A stretch of 64,000 nucleotides of DNA. It comes from Felis catus. Taxonomy: Eukaryota. The notes beneath the pieces were generated by a model. That model made no database searches and was not told the origin of the DNA. It saw only the letters and a program-made list of their open reading frames with translations. Shown piece after piece: positions 37,494-50,197 of this stretch. The translations under genes were made by a program, and so were the position numbers. Location of the stretch: the NCBI RefSeq assembly GCF_018350175.1, contig NC_058368.1, positions 91,638,001-91,702,000 of the forward strand. Direction: 5' to 3'. Position 1 is the first letter of the stretch. Every line of letters begins with the position of its first letter.

Positions 37494-37947
37494 TTTTTTT
37501 AAAAATTTTTTTTATGTTTATTTATTTTTGAGACAGAGACAGAGCATGAACGGGTGAGGGTCAGAGAGAGAGGGAGACACAGAATCCGAAGCAGGCTCCA
37601 GGCTCTTGAGCTGTCAGCACAGAGCCCAACGTGGGGCTCATGGACTGTGAGATCATGACCTGAGCCGAAGTTGGATGCCCAACCAACTGAGCCACCCAGG
37701 CGCTCCTCTCATTCTTTTTTTTTTAAGTTTACTTATCTATTTTGAGAGAAACAGAGAAAGCACAAGTGAGGGAGGGGCAGGGAGAGAGAGAGAGACAGAG
37801 ACAGAGGGAGAGAGAGGGCACTCCAGGCCGGCTCTGCACTGACAGTGCAGAGCCCGAGGTGGGGCTTGAACTCACGAACCTCATGATCATGACCTGAACC
37901 AAAACCAATATTCAGAGGCTTAATTAACTGAGCCACACAGGTGCCCC
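37494..37947 (-). mobile_element. Two tandem Can-SINEs (37494-37706, 37715-37947)
   Basis: Two reverse heads; ctcattctt repeated at the junctions. Confidence 0.9.
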
Positions 37948-38079
37948 TGAACCTCCTCATTCTTAAATTTTGGTCTTAAATAGTTTGAAGGAGTAAATTT
38001 AATCTTTACATTTTATTCCTATAAAGTCTTCATTTCATAATACTGCGTGGACAGTTGGGTAGCACAAAGTAGAGCTAAC

Positions 38080-38300
38080 ATTCATTAGCCAGATTCTGTG
38101 CTAGCAGCATGCACACAGTATCATCTTAGGTACTCCTCACAAACATGGTATGAGATAGGCATTATCACCCCCTTTTGCAGATGAGAACACTGAATCTTGA
38201 GAGGATAGGGGACTTGCCCACAGTCACATGGCTAAGTCTGTGGCTGAACTGAGCTTTGAATCCTGGTCCACTTAATTCCCAAATCCATGCATTCCCATTC
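38080..38300 (-). mobile_element. MIR
   Basis: attatcacccc.tttgcagatgagaacactga...gacttgcccacagtcacatggctaag. Confidence 0.75.
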
Positions 38301-38682
38301 TGTCTATTCTCTCTCATTAATCATGGAGACAAAACTGGCTTATGCTGCTTTGTTCACATTTAGAGATGTGTCACAGATGCCTTCTTCCCAAGTATGTCAA
38401 CAGAGCAACTCTGAGCTGTGGTCCAGAATAACCCAGGTTTCTCTTTTGTCCTTAGTGTATCCCATATCAACTCTCCAGTGGTGAGGGAGAGTATGTAGGA
38501 GTCATGTGAGTGCCTGTTGGGGAGTTTGGAAGAAGCCTGTGAGTAACTGATAGATCTGTCTGCTTTGCAACTGGGGAACTAGTAACCAGCTACCTTCATG
38601 GAGCCTTCTGCTCTGGCAGCAAAATTGGGGACTGTCCAGCCTTGTTGGTCACACATCCTTTCCCTCTCTCCCTTCCTTCTGA

Positions 38683-39330
38683 CCATCCATCCATCCATCT
38701 GACCATCTGACATCCAGCCAACTGTCCATGAATCCACATCTGCATCCATCCACCAGTCTATCCACACATTCATATATCTACTCATCTATCCATCCATCCA
38801 TCCATCTGTCTGCCCACCCATCCGTCTATCCATCCATCCACCCACCCAACTGTCCATTCATCCCTCCATCTGTCCATCCATCCATCCATCCAACCCTCCA
38901 TTCATCCATCCATCTGCCCGTCTGCCCACCCATCCATCTATCCATCCATCCATCCACCCACCTGTCCATTCATCCCTCCATCTGTCCATCCATCCATCCA
39001 CCCACCCACGCACCAACCCACCCACCCACCTGTCCATCCATCCTTCCATCTGTCCATCCATCCTTCCATCTGTCCATCCCTGCATCTGTCCATCCATCCA
39101 TCCATCCACCCATCCACATATCCATCCATCCACCACCCACCTGTCCATTCATCCTTCCATCTGTCCATCCCTCCATCTGTCCACCCATCCATCCATCCAA
39201 CCATCCATTCATCCATCCATCTGCCCACCCATCCATCCATCCACCCACCCACCCACTCACCTGTCCATTCATCCTTCCATCTGTCCATCCCTCCATCTGT
39301 CATCCATCCATCCATCCATCCAACCGTCCA
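38683..39330. repeat. Degenerate (CCAT)n/(CCAC)n simple-repeat array, about 650 bp
   Basis: Directly visible; contains a repeated higher-order block cacctgtccattcatcc(t/c)tccatctgtcc. Confidence 0.95.
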
Positions 39331-40639
39331 TCTAGACAGTATTTGTGGTAGGCCTGGTGGATGCTACTTCCTGTGCTAGGCTTTGGGACATAGTGGGGGA
39401 CAGTAGCAATGACTAGTGAGATAAATATCCTTCAATAGAGAATGGATCCAACCAGTATAATGTGTTAAAAGTCAGGAAACTCTGTTCCAAAATCCTGATA
39501 CCTGGCTTCTCTTGGGAAATCTGGGCCAGGCAGCGCAGAGACCAGCTTGCCATGTGGCAGTGCTGCCAGAGCTGTGCTGCACTGAGCAGAGGATTTGCCT
39601 CTAGCTCACCAGTCTGCAGCTCCCCACTGTCTGGCACACATTGTGTGCCTGGCCTAGGAGGCCTTTGAGTCTGTGCCCCCAGCTCGAGCTGTTTGCAGTA
39701 GCCACTGGCTGGCCTTACATTCTGCCCCCAGCTTGAGGCCTGGGCTTTGTTCTGACACATTTCTGTCCTTGAACTCCCAGTTTCCTCATCTACATATTGA
39801 CTGTTCGGGATGGGGGGGAGTGGGGGCAAAGATGATAAAGGAACTGAAAAAGGTCTGCAGACTGCATGTGCTGTTCTAAAGGAGGGGTTGCTGTCACTGA
39901 AAGCCTGAAACAAGAGAGAGCAAGTCGGGGCCTTGTCAATAGGGTGGGTGTTGACTTTAACAGACTCTCCTTTGAGTTGAGGTGAACCACTTATTTGTGT
40001 CCTTCCTTCACTCTGCTTAAGTGGTGGCCGTGTGGGCCTGTTTGTCCTCCCAGTGCCTGTGTCTAGACAGGCCTCAGGGAGCATTCTGACCCTTCCCACT
40101 GTGTCTTTGATGCTGGGATGCTGGCAATGTACACTCCTCTCCCACTGGTCAGGGGTTCGGGATTGCTTTCATCCATGCATCCATCCATACAGCTAATCTC
40201 TATGACACACCTATTTGCCAGGCGCCATTCTAGACACTGGGGATATGGTAGTGCAATAAGGAATATATGACTGAGACATCTTGCCATGCCTGGCGGGACA
40301 CTTCTGGCTGTTCCTTGGCTGGAGGGATGGATGGGAGGATGGGTGTGGTTGTTACAGTTCTCCACCGACTAGAGTCTCTGTCCCAGCTGGGCCCTGGCCG
40401 AGGGCCCAGACACAGCCCATCACGGCCTCCAGGAGTCATGAGCTTTGACGAGGGTGCGCACCCACTGGAGCCCTGCCCAGAGGCGCATCTGTCTACCATA
40501 ATGGACACTTTCCATGCTTGCAGCCTGGGGCTTTTCAGCTTTGTATACAGGAGGACCCACTTCGCCAGTTACTGACAGCACATCACACATCCTCATTCTT
40601 TTATTTAACTGCTAATTATTTAGCTCCGGGATAAGTATG

Positions 40640-41620
40640 AGATGCAGGGAGACCTGGTGGGGAAGGCGGGCATAGTCCACCTCCCCATGGAGTATCTGGG
40701 GAGTTGGGGGGAGACTGGGAGGGATGCCCAATCCGGGCCTGAGGAGTCAGGATGCTTCCAAAGGGAAATGACACCTAGGGTAAGTGGACAGTGAGAGAGC
40801 ACCTGAGCATTCCAGGAACTAAGGGTTGGTTGAAGATGGAGTTAGAAAGTAGAGTTTGTACATAAGTGTGTGTGTGTGAGGGGGGGTGGTATGGGGGTTA
40901 GCGGGAGATGGGCAGGAAGGCCAAGCATGAGTCTGGAAAGAGGGCTCTTCAACATTTAGATCATTTAGTCCTTGTACAACATGTCAGGAGTCTGAACTTC
41001 TCCTAAGAGCCAGGAAGTTACCTGGGGAGGTTTCAGCCAGGGCATGCCTTGTGAGCACTTGGGCATTTTAGTTGGACAACAATGGATTTGAGGGGCCTGA
41101 CCTCAGGCGGGGCAGCGGGGGGGTGGGGGGGTGGGGGGGGATGAGGGAGGAGCCTGCTCAGCTCAGGTGAGAGGAGTAGGTAGTAAATGATTCTTGAGTA
41201 CAGGTGTTCAGGATCAGGACTGCTGGGGGCTTGGGTTTTATTAGCTAGGGGAGGGAGAGGAGGGCAGGGGAAGTCTCTGGGGTGCTGGGTGCCTGTGAGG
41301 AGCAGCTTGGGTCAACGGGATCGGCCAGGTGGAACAGGATGGTGGCGGTGCCCAGGATGCTGTTAGGGATTTGGTTCTGAGGCTCACGATGGACCATGAC
41401 CGAAGCCGGGGAGGAGGTGAGATCCTGAAGAATCCACAGAGAGGCAGTGAATCCCAGTCAAGTGCAAGGTGCTGAGAAGGGGCCGGCAGAGGAGGCTGCA
41501 GATGGGACAGCGTGGGGAGGAAAGCTGGCCGTGTATGTGGGATGGAGTCCCCGGGGGAGCCAGTCATCCGGGGCAGGTGACACCGAGCAGTAAAACTTCG
41601 ATTTGGACTTAAACCTTGGT
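40640..41620 (-). mobile_element. Probable degraded L2
   Basis: Purine-rich sequence with L2-like motifs (aggatgcttcc, aggagtctgaacttctcctaag, caaggtgctgagaagg). Confidence 0.45.
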
Positions 41621-42924
41621 GCGTGTTGTTTGTGGGGAGCTGAGTGAGGAATGGGTGGGAGGTGGGGAGGAAAGAAGAGGTGAGGCAGAGTGGGCAGCTT
41701 CTGGAAGGGGCACAGGGTGCTGGGAGGTGCTCAAGAGGGAGGAGCCATGAGTGTGTATGACAGCTGAGCTGAGGAGCCAGACCAGATGGCTAAGAGGAGT
41801 ATGGTCTGGGTGTCCTAAAGACGCAGGAGGAGGTGGGGCCCAAGCCCACAGGGGAGGACAGGAGGGAGTCAGGAGGCTGAGAGTTACTCCCTTGCTTTTG
41901 GTTGTTCAGTGAAGGCGGTAGGGTGGGGGGCAGTGGGGAGGCAGGCTCAGAACCAGCAGGGGCTGGAATCCAGGCGCTGAGGGCCATGGGAGATTTGTGG
42001 GTCTGGCATGGCCATTCCTCATCACCCCTTCGCTGCTGAGGCTGGTTAGGCCCCCACTCCCCCTGAAACCTCCACATCAGTCCTGGACCCATGTGGTTCC
42101 TAGGCAGACACTGGCCCAAGGACAGGCTCACAGCAGGTGCTCGCGGGGTCCTGGTCGCCTCCCCACTAAGGTGAGCAGATTGCAGAAGGAGCCTGCACGG
42201 GCACGGAGGCTGGGGTTGGGGGCTGCAGCAGGTGGGGCGCAAAGGGGAGCAGAAGAGGCCTAGGGCAATGTGGCTTCCAGAGGAAAAGTCCCCTGGAGCA
42301 GATGTCCCTGGGAGGGCTGGCTGGGAGCTGAGCCCGGCCTGCCCTCCACCACATCTGCATCTCAGCTGCCTCCAAGAGGCTCATGTAGCACATGGCTCTT
42401 GGGCGTCCATTAGAACAGGCAGCAACTTTCTTCTGTGTGGAAAAGTCTTTGCTTCAAAGGCAGTGATTTTATTTTCATTAGACTCCGGGTGGGGGGAGGG
42501 ATAGTTCTAAAAATTAGAACCTTGGCAGAAAACCCAAATGGGACTAGGTCCCTTCGCTCAGCTTTGTTCCTACGCATTAAGCCAAGCTCTGAAAATGCTG
42601 GCTTAATTTGAATTTACAGCCAGGGATTGTGCATTTGTGTGGGAGAGTAACCTGTGCTCTGTGAGCAACTAGGATTCAGACTGGGAGGCAACCCGTCCGT
42701 AAACTGGGGTGTTTTTCCTCCCATACATGTCAGTTATAAGTGCAGATTGTCTGTGCTGGCCCAGACCCCTGAATTCCCAAAGTGTCCTCTTCCTGTGTCA
42801 CTGGGAGCAGTAGGCTATTGTGTTGGCCTCCCTGCTGGGCTGTGAGCCCCAGGTCGATTCCTGTCTGTGACCTCAGGATGTGGCACCAAGTAGGGTGATA
42901 AATCTTGTATTTGATTGATTGATT

Positions 42925-43057
42925 TAAATGTTGGTTTACTTTTGAGAGAGAGGAGGGGAGGGACAGAGATAGGGAGACACAGAATCTGAAGCAGGCTCCT
43001 GGCTCTGAGCGATCAGCACAGAGCCCGATACGGGGCTCAAACCCACGAACCGTGAGT
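42925..43057 (-). mobile_element. Can-SINE, head truncated
   Basis: 3' two-thirds of the body only. Confidence 0.85.
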
Positions 43058-43479
43058 GCTGAGGGATCTTGAATCAATGGGTTGTTGGATGAGCTAATGA
43101 ATGCAGTGAAGAGGGAATATCTGACTCCTCGCAGAGAGCCACGGGCTCCAGGGTCTGTTTCATGCCGACTTGGACCCTCTCAATCCAAGCCATGTGCTGT
43201 CACCAGAACAGTCTTCCCGGTGAAACTCCGTCTTCAAAATCTCCGGATCTTGTTCTCAGAACATGTAAGTGGCTCCATTCAGCATCAGGTCTAAATGGCT
43301 CAGCCTAGCGTGCCTCTGGGGCCTCCATGCCAGCCAGGGTGGCCTCCTCCCTGCCCTCCAGACACACATCTGCTTACCCTCCCTCTGCAGCTTTATCCCT
43401 GGGTCCTTGAACCCAGAGCACCCTCCCTTAGACAGCCTAGAGTTGAGGGTACAGGCCGTGGATTAAAGTTGCCTGGCTT

Positions 43480-44082
43480 CAGAATGTAAAGTGGTGCAGA
43501 TGCGACAGGAAACGGTGTGCATTCCCCAGGTGCTTCAGCAGTTCTGCTTCCAGGTCCACACGCAGAAGAGTTAAAAGCAAGGTCTGGAAAAAACATTTGT
43601 ACACCCAAGTTCTTAGCAGTGTTACTCAACAGTAGCCAAAAGGTGGAAGCAACCGAAGTGTCCAGTCAGTGGATGAATGGATAAACAAAATGTGGTCTGT
43701 CCCTGCAGTGGATTCGATTCACCCTGAAAATGAAAAGATGTTCTGACATGTGCTAGAACATGGATGAAGCTTAAGTGAAATAGCCAGTCACAAAAGGACA
43801 AATAGCGTACGATTCCACGTGTTTGAAGTACCCTACGGTAGTCAAGGTCCTAGAGACAGAGTGGAACGGTGGTTCTCGGGGGCTGCAGGGTGGGGGGGGA
43901 GGGGGAGTTCTTACTGAACAGGTACAGTGTCAGTTTTGCAAGATGGAAAGATTCTAGATGGATGGTGGGGATGGCTGTACCACAATATGGATGTAACTTC
44001 ATGCTGCTAAACTGTTCACTGATGAATGGTTAAGATGATTACGTTTTATGCTATGTGTATGTCACTGTGATTAAAGAAAATA
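43480..44082 (+). mobile_element. L1 3' end (L1MB-like)
   Basis: gccaaaaggtggaagcaacc...tggatgaatggataaacaaaatgtgg...gccagtcacaaaaggacaaata...aatggttaagatg. Confidence 0.85.
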
Positions 44083-44119
44083 ATTTCAGAAAGAGCGGAG
44101 GATGTTTGAAAAGGTAAAA

Positions 44120-44443
44120 AGGTAATTCAGAGAGAGACGCCAAGAGAAGGACTCCCCCTGCCAGTGCTGACTTTGAAGATTGAGAGAGGGGCCACAAGCC
44201 AAGGAATGCAGTGGCTTCTGGAAGCTGGGATGGGCCCTGATTTTACAGCCAGCAAGAAAACGGGGACCTCAGTGTGACAACAGGACCTGAATTCTGCCGA
44301 CACTGCAAACGAGCAGGAGACAGATTCTCCTTCAGGGCCTCTACAGCCTGCCCATACCTTGATTTTACTCTGATGGGGTGCATACTGGACTTCTGACTAA
44401 CAGAACACTTAGGATAATTCATGTGTGTGGTTTCAAGTGACTG
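44120..44443 (+). mobile_element. MaLR LTR fragment (MLT1D/E-like)
   Basis: gactttgaagat...gccacaagccaaggaatgcag...acagccagcaagaaaacggggacctcag...ggacttctgac. Confidence 0.8.
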
Positions 44444-44509
44444 AAAAAAAAAAAAGACTGGGTTTGAATCCCAGCTCTTTCTCTTTCCAGCCGTGTGGCC
44501 TTAGGCAAG

Positions 44510-44732
44510 TTTTTTTTTTTTTGTTTTTATTTTTTTGTTTTTTTGTTTTTTTTTTAAGTGTGGTTACTTCTTTTGAATGAGAGAGAGAGGGGGGCAGACA
44601 GAGAGAGAATCCCAATCTCTGACTGACAGCACAGAGCCCGATGCAGGGTTCAAACTCACGAACCATGAGATCATGACCTGAGCCAAAATCATGAGTCAGA
44701 TGCCCAATCGACTGAGCCACTCAGGTGCCCCC
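44510..44732 (-). mobile_element. Can-SINE inserted in a MIR (44455-44870)
   Basis: Reverse body; MIR halves gactgggtttgaatcccagctc and gcgtggtgcctggca. Confidence 0.85.
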
Positions 44733-45208
44733 TTGGAGAAGTTTCTTAAGCTCCAGCTGTCAATTGGGTATCTCCACACCTCCTCGTGGACTGTAGGGAG
44801 ATGCGAATGAGTTAATCATCAGTGTTTAGCGTGGTGCCTGGCATCACAGTTTGAGTGCCCCACACATGTTGGTGTCGTTACTGCCTTTCCCACCACAGTG
44901 GTCATTCTCCCCTGGCCTCTATCACATGCTACCATCCTGTGGGGTCCCCTTCCATCCGTCATACCCTCTGGAACAAGGCAGTTTACCCCTCAGTGACTCC
45001 TGTCTTTTTTCTCTCATCTGTCCCTCTGGCGCACACTGGTCCCCTCCAGCGCGAGCTCCGGAAACACAGTCTCCTCTTTCTTCACCCCCCAGTGTAAAAC
45101 CGGGCATGGGTAAAGGTCCGTGTGGCGTGATGCAGTTAGTGCCGACCTGCACAGTCAGACCCGGGCTCTGCCTCCTACAGACAGTGTGACCCTCGAAACC
45201 TCCAGCAC

Positions 45209-45223
45209 CCGGCAGATGGCAGT
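45209..45223 (+). promoter_or_regulatory. Candidate CTCF site
   Basis: CCGGCAGATGGCAGT, one tolerated mismatch to CCASYAGRKGGCRS, in a CpG-enriched non-repeat stretch. Confidence 0.45.
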
Positions 45224-45639
45224 GGATGAGAAGATACATGTGGTCACAACGAGAAAGAGAGGGCACAGAGTTGATGTTAGCGCCATGGGATTGGGTCGCA
45301 GGTACTCAGTGAGTTGGACGATGCAAGCCCCCGAGAGCCTGCTGGGTCTGTGGTGAAGTGGGGAGGCAGGGATCTCCTTCTGCACCGCTTGCTCAGACAG
45401 AGCCTGCACAGGGCTGCTGACGTTCCCGGCACGTGGCAGCTCATCTTCTGGACCTTTCCACCGATCCCTTCTCCCTGGCACTCTGTGGACATAGGTGCCG
45501 CTTCCCCACTGGACAGGGGCTGTGTTAATTCACCACAGGCACCTGCCCCAGCAGGAAACACCCAGTCAGGAAAGGGCCATGAATGATACTCTCTCAGACT
45601 GGATACCGTATATATGGTACGTGTACATCTAGATTTAGA

Positions 45640-46090
45640 CAGACAGATTCTTTCCTCTCAAAACAGAATCCCACAGTAAATATTATGGTTTAAAATAGCT
45701 CGGTATTCCGTGACCATTCCTTTACATGATTAACTATACGTCCACAACTTCATGAGTGCTAAGATTCCACTGCGGATGTGTGCCAAAATTTATTTAAATG
45801 GTCTTCTACTGTTGGATACCTAGGCTGTTTCCAGGTTTCTGCCTCTATTATTTATAAGCAGTGAGCAGCCCTGTACACACACATTTTCTCTTCTACTTAA
45901 TTTTCTTCTGACAGAGTCCCAGAAGTGGATTTGCTGGGTCAAATGATACGCACATTTTTAAAGCTTCAGTTACACATCGTGGTTTTCAAATTGCCTTCTC
46001 AAAAGGTTGTATCAATAGAGACTCCCACTAGGAATGTACAAGAGTGTCCATTCTTATCTAGCAATGAGTGGTATCAATGAAAAAATGTTT
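45640..46090 (-). mobile_element. Ancient L1 fragment (L1ME-like)
   Basis: ttggatacctaggctgtttccag...cccagaagtggatttgctgggtcaaa...ccaaaaggttgtatcaat-like motifs. Confidence 0.65.
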
Positions 46091-46118
46091 AATTCTTAGC
46101 TTTAAAAATTGATAGCAT

Positions 46119-46335
46119 GAGGAGCACCTGGGTGGCTCAGTTGGTTACGTGTCCAACTTTGGATCGGATCATTATCTCATGGTTTGTGAGTTTGAGCCCC
46201 GTGTCGGGCACTGTGCTGACAGCTCAGAGCCTGGAGCCTGCTTCCGATTCTGTGTCTCCCTCTCTCTCTCCCCTCCCTGCTCATGCTCTGTCTCTCTCTC
46301 AAAAATAAACATTAAAAAAATAAATAAAAGTAAAA
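46119..46335 (+). mobile_element. Can-SINE
   Basis: TSD aaaa(t/c)tgatagcatg. Confidence 0.92.
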
Positions 46336-46856
46336 ACTGATAGCATGTAACTGAAATCTGAGATGAGAACCCATATTAATCATTGCCATGTTCTAGAAAT
46401 GTTCAAAATTACCACATTTCTCCCAATGAGGAAAGCAAGCCATATCCCCATTTTGTAGATGGAGGAGGCTCAGGAGCTGGTCAAGGGTAATGGAAGGTTG
46501 GGGTCACTGCAGATCGAGGGACCCATGGGTCACCGGTGAGGGTGACCGGGCCCCACTCCCTGCTCCTACAACCACAGAAGGGAAGTGAACTGGGGCTCCC
46601 TATGAGCTGTGTGCTAAGGATAGGGTTGGTACATGGGCTAAAGACTATTTTAATGATCTCCTATCCCACTGGCAATCTGCAAATAAAGTCTTATTTCAGT
46701 GCAGGCTGGGGATGAATGAATGACAGCTTGCAGCTACAGACTATAAATGAACATCTTCTCTTTCAAGGTGGTCATTTCCAGCCTTGGGGCTTCCTTTGCT
46801 GTTGCTGCTGAGAGCTTCTTAGTGCTGAGAACTTAGTTATTAATTTAAATGTCACA

Positions 46857-47222
46857 GAGCATCTGGGTGGCTCGGTTGAGTGTCCAACTTTGGCTCAGGT
46901 CATGATCTCACTGTTCGTGAGCTCACTGCTGTCAGCACAGAGTCTGCTTTGGATCCTCTATCCCCTTCTCTCTGCTCCTATCCCTGCTCACGTCTCTCTC
47001 CAAAGTAAACATTAAAAAAAAAATAGGGGCGCCTGGGTGGCTCAGTTGGTGGGGCGTCCAACTTCGGCTCAGGTCATGATCTTATCGTTTGTGGGTTCGA
47101 GCCCCACGTCGGGCTCTGTGCTGATAGCTCAGAGCCTGAAGCCTGCTTCAGATTCTGTGTCTGTCTCTGCCCCTTCCCCACTTGTGCTCTGTCTCTGTCT
47201 CTTGAATAAATGTTAATAAAAA
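46857..47222 (+). mobile_element. Two tandem Can-SINEs (46857-47022, 47025-47222)
   Basis: Two heads and tails; outer TSD-like atgtcac. Confidence 0.9.
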
Positions 47223-47669
47223 TTTTTTTTACATGTCACGTAACTGTCAGGTCCCACATAATGGCAGAATGGGTGGACCTACTAGGAAAATGGACTTGGG
47301 TCTGTTCCTAAGTCATCCCAGGCTGATATCCAAATCTACTTTTAGTGTCACTTAAAAGTTTTCTTTTTAATTTAATGAAATGTTGGCAAAATGAAAAATT
47401 GGGGGAAAAATGAGTACAGGAAATTAAACCCAATTATATCATTTAAAGTATGATTTCTCATTTTTTGTTCCTTCTTCTCAATTCTTGTTTACATACTAGT
47501 TATAATCAGTAGCATATGTTATTTTGCGTGTGTATTTTCTTACCTAATATTGAATATGCGTTTTTCTATGTTTGAATACAGCCTTCTTAATTATTTTACA
47601 TGGCTCCATGGTTGTCCATCAGATGGGTGTGCCCTAGTCTTTGCAGTTATATATGATGACTCTTCATAC

Positions 47670-47754
47670 TGGAACTCATGACCATGAGATCAAGACCTGA
47701 GCGAAGTAAGAACAAGAGTTGGATGCTTAACTGACTGAGCCACCCAGGCGCCCC
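47670..47754 (-). mobile_element. Can-SINE 5' half only
   Basis: Reverse head gagccacccaggcgcccc without CT tract or tail. Confidence 0.8.
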
Positions 47755-48431
47755 ACCGTTGTGCTTTGTGAAAAAGCTATGTTTCAGCACGATCTCTCCA
47801 GCACTGGTTATTCATCAAAAAGAGAAAAAAAGTTTCCTTTTTAACATGGTAGGGAACAGAAAATATGGATTTACTTGTGACTATCATAACATTTTTTCCT
47901 AAGTAGGCACTCGAAAGCTGTGCGTAGAGCACGTTCGCTGTGTAGATAGATGATTGTGTATTTGACTGTCTCCTGTGGGTGTGGGACCAGATGGTTAGCA
48001 TTCAGGCCTGTGGAAGTCATGGTCTCTGTCCCCCAAGAACTTTCCAGGAGCTGTCTGCATTCTCCATATCCGCGGAGATATAGAAAGTTTAATAAGAATA
48101 CAGGATACAAGATTTAAACAGTGGCTCAAGGGAAAAAAAAAACCAGGCAGACTGTCACAGAGCACATGATTAATTATCTAACTAATGGTCCAGAGAGTGG
48201 TCATTTAGGGGTCGTTAGGGTGTGTTGAGGATGACTTCAGGTTGGGGCGATCAGGGAAAGCTTTATCCTTGGAGTGGGGCAGGGTGGGAAGGGATAGTGC
48301 TGTGTGTCTTAAATGATGGTTAGCACTCTGTGGCCAGATAGAAAGGTCAAAGCGTCAGCAGTGGTGTGGGGGTGGGAAAGCCCAATGTAGATAAAGTCAG
48401 AGCTGGAAGCCTCCTTGGAGGTCACCCAGAG

Positions 48432-48587
48432 CACTGCTTCTCAAATTTCAATGTGTCAGACACGGCTGGGCGTCTTGTTCAAATGTAGGTTCTTCCTCGG
48501 TGGGTCTGGTGCGGTACCTGTGATTCTGCTTTTGAACAAGCTCCCAGAAACTGCTGTGACCCATCCATGGAGTAACAGGGATCTAGA
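48432..48587. mobile_element. hAT relic (MER5-like)
   Basis: cactgcttctcaaattt...tcttgttcaaatgtagg...ttctgcttttgaacaagctccca. Confidence 0.65.
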
Positions 48588-49345
48588 TGAACCCTCTCCT
48601 TTTGAAGTTGGGGAAACTAAGTCCCAGCAAGGGAAAGGGTCACGTCCAACATCACGGAGCTCAGCAGCAGGTGCAGCAAGATTACAGACAGTTTGAACTA
48701 CAACTGAGGATTCACTTAGGAAATGTTAGGGTAGAAGGTTGGAACTGTTTGGGAAAAGCAATCATTTATGGCATGCATTCTCAATTCCAGGCACTTAACA
48801 TACTTTATCTCACTTACTCCTCATGACACCCGACATAAGAAGTCACTTGCTTTTTATTTTCCGGAAGGAAAACTGAGCCTCTGACAGCCAAAGCAGCTTG
48901 CCTAAGGTCGAGTTAGTATTCCATTTGAGGTCATTCCAGCCCCCATGCTCATGTTCTTTAACCGTGTCACCCCCAGTACCTTCAGTGCCATCTAAGATGT
49001 TACAATGTTTGCCCCAGGCACTCTGGCTTTGTTTTACTTTTGTTCCTCATTGGCATCTGAAACACAGTTTAAAAGGCTCCACGTAACTTCCATTCTGGAA
49101 AGATGGAGAAGTACTTTTCCCTCTTCTCCTGCTAAGAACAACTAAAAGCCACGGACATTATATATAAAAGAAACATAAGACTGTCAAGGTAGCGAGAAGA
49201 AGGCAGGCCATCTAGGGACCTCAGGATACAAGGAGTGACGTGGTGGTGAGTTCTCAACGAAGGCCTGCTCCCTGTAGCCAGGGGACCGGGAAAGGGGCAA
49301 CCTAGCAAGATAGAAAAGTTTAGATAATAACTACCGGACTCCAGC

Positions 49346-49651
49346 TGTGATGGGACCAGGCTGGAACGCTGGCGGGAAAAACCAAGCGGCACTTGGAGAT
49401 CTTGGTGGATCGGAGATTTATTTAACACTGGCAGGCTCAGAGGAGACCGTTTCTCCAAAGATCTGAGCCCTGAGCACAAGCATGGGGGACAATTTATAAT
49501 CTGTCACTTCCGCATTCTGCAATAGTAGTAATTTGGCACGCACAGCAAGCAGGGCAGGAAGAAGAACCCAGAAGCAGGGTCTCTAAGCTAGAAGCTTATG
49601 TTAGTCCTGTAGGCCATCTTATGGTGCAGAACTTTACTTATTTTCCCAACA
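49346..49651 (-). mobile_element. Solo retroviral LTR (ERV1-like), 306 bp
   Basis: TG...CA ends, 4-bp TSD CAGC (49342-49345, 49652-49655), minus-strand TATAAA (49493-49498) upstream of AATAAA (49417-49422). Confidence 0.85.
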
Positions 49652-49963
49652 CAGCCAAGCACCACCACCCCGGCTCTGTGGTGGTTTCAGTGGAGCCTCC
49701 TGTGGGGCAGCCCCTCCCAGCAAGGATGGGATCAGTGAGGCCTAGGGGGGAGAAGGAATTCCCAGTCCCACCCGGAACTACCTGCCTTCAGGTGACAACA
49801 GAGGCCACGTGGGGAACCTAGACATCTCCTTCCCCATGGCAGTAATGAGGTGGTACCTTCCTTCTCCTGCCAAAGTGGCCTGTATTAGGGGAGCCAGCTA
49901 AAACAGATCTAATTTAATAAGATCTCAAGTCTCATGATATAATATTCAAAATGTATGGGTTTT

Positions 49964-50197
49964 GGGGCGCCTGGGTGGCGTAGTCGGTTAAGCGTCCGAC
50001 TTCAGCCAGGTCACGATCTCGCGGTCCATGAGTTCGAGCCCCGCGACAGGCTCTGGGCTGATGGCTCAGAGCCTGGAGCCTGTTTCCGACTCTGTGTCTC
50101 CCTCTCTCTCTGCCCCTCCCCCGTTCATGCTCTGTCTCTCTCTGTCCCAAAAATAAATAAACGTTGAAAAAAAATTATAAAAAAAAAACAAAAAAAA
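49964..50197 (+). mobile_element. Young Can-SINE (SINEC_Fc-like)
   Basis: CpG-rich body; perfect 17-bp TSD caaaatgtatgggtttt (49947-49963, 50198-50214). Confidence 0.95.

Noticed and set aside
38728..39351. 207-aa H/P/S/I-rich ORF, and the MDGW-type antisense ORFs
   Set aside because: Translation of the (CCAT)n array.
39413..40099. 228-aa minus-strand ORF
   Set aside because: No recognisable homology; overlaps MIR-like sequence.
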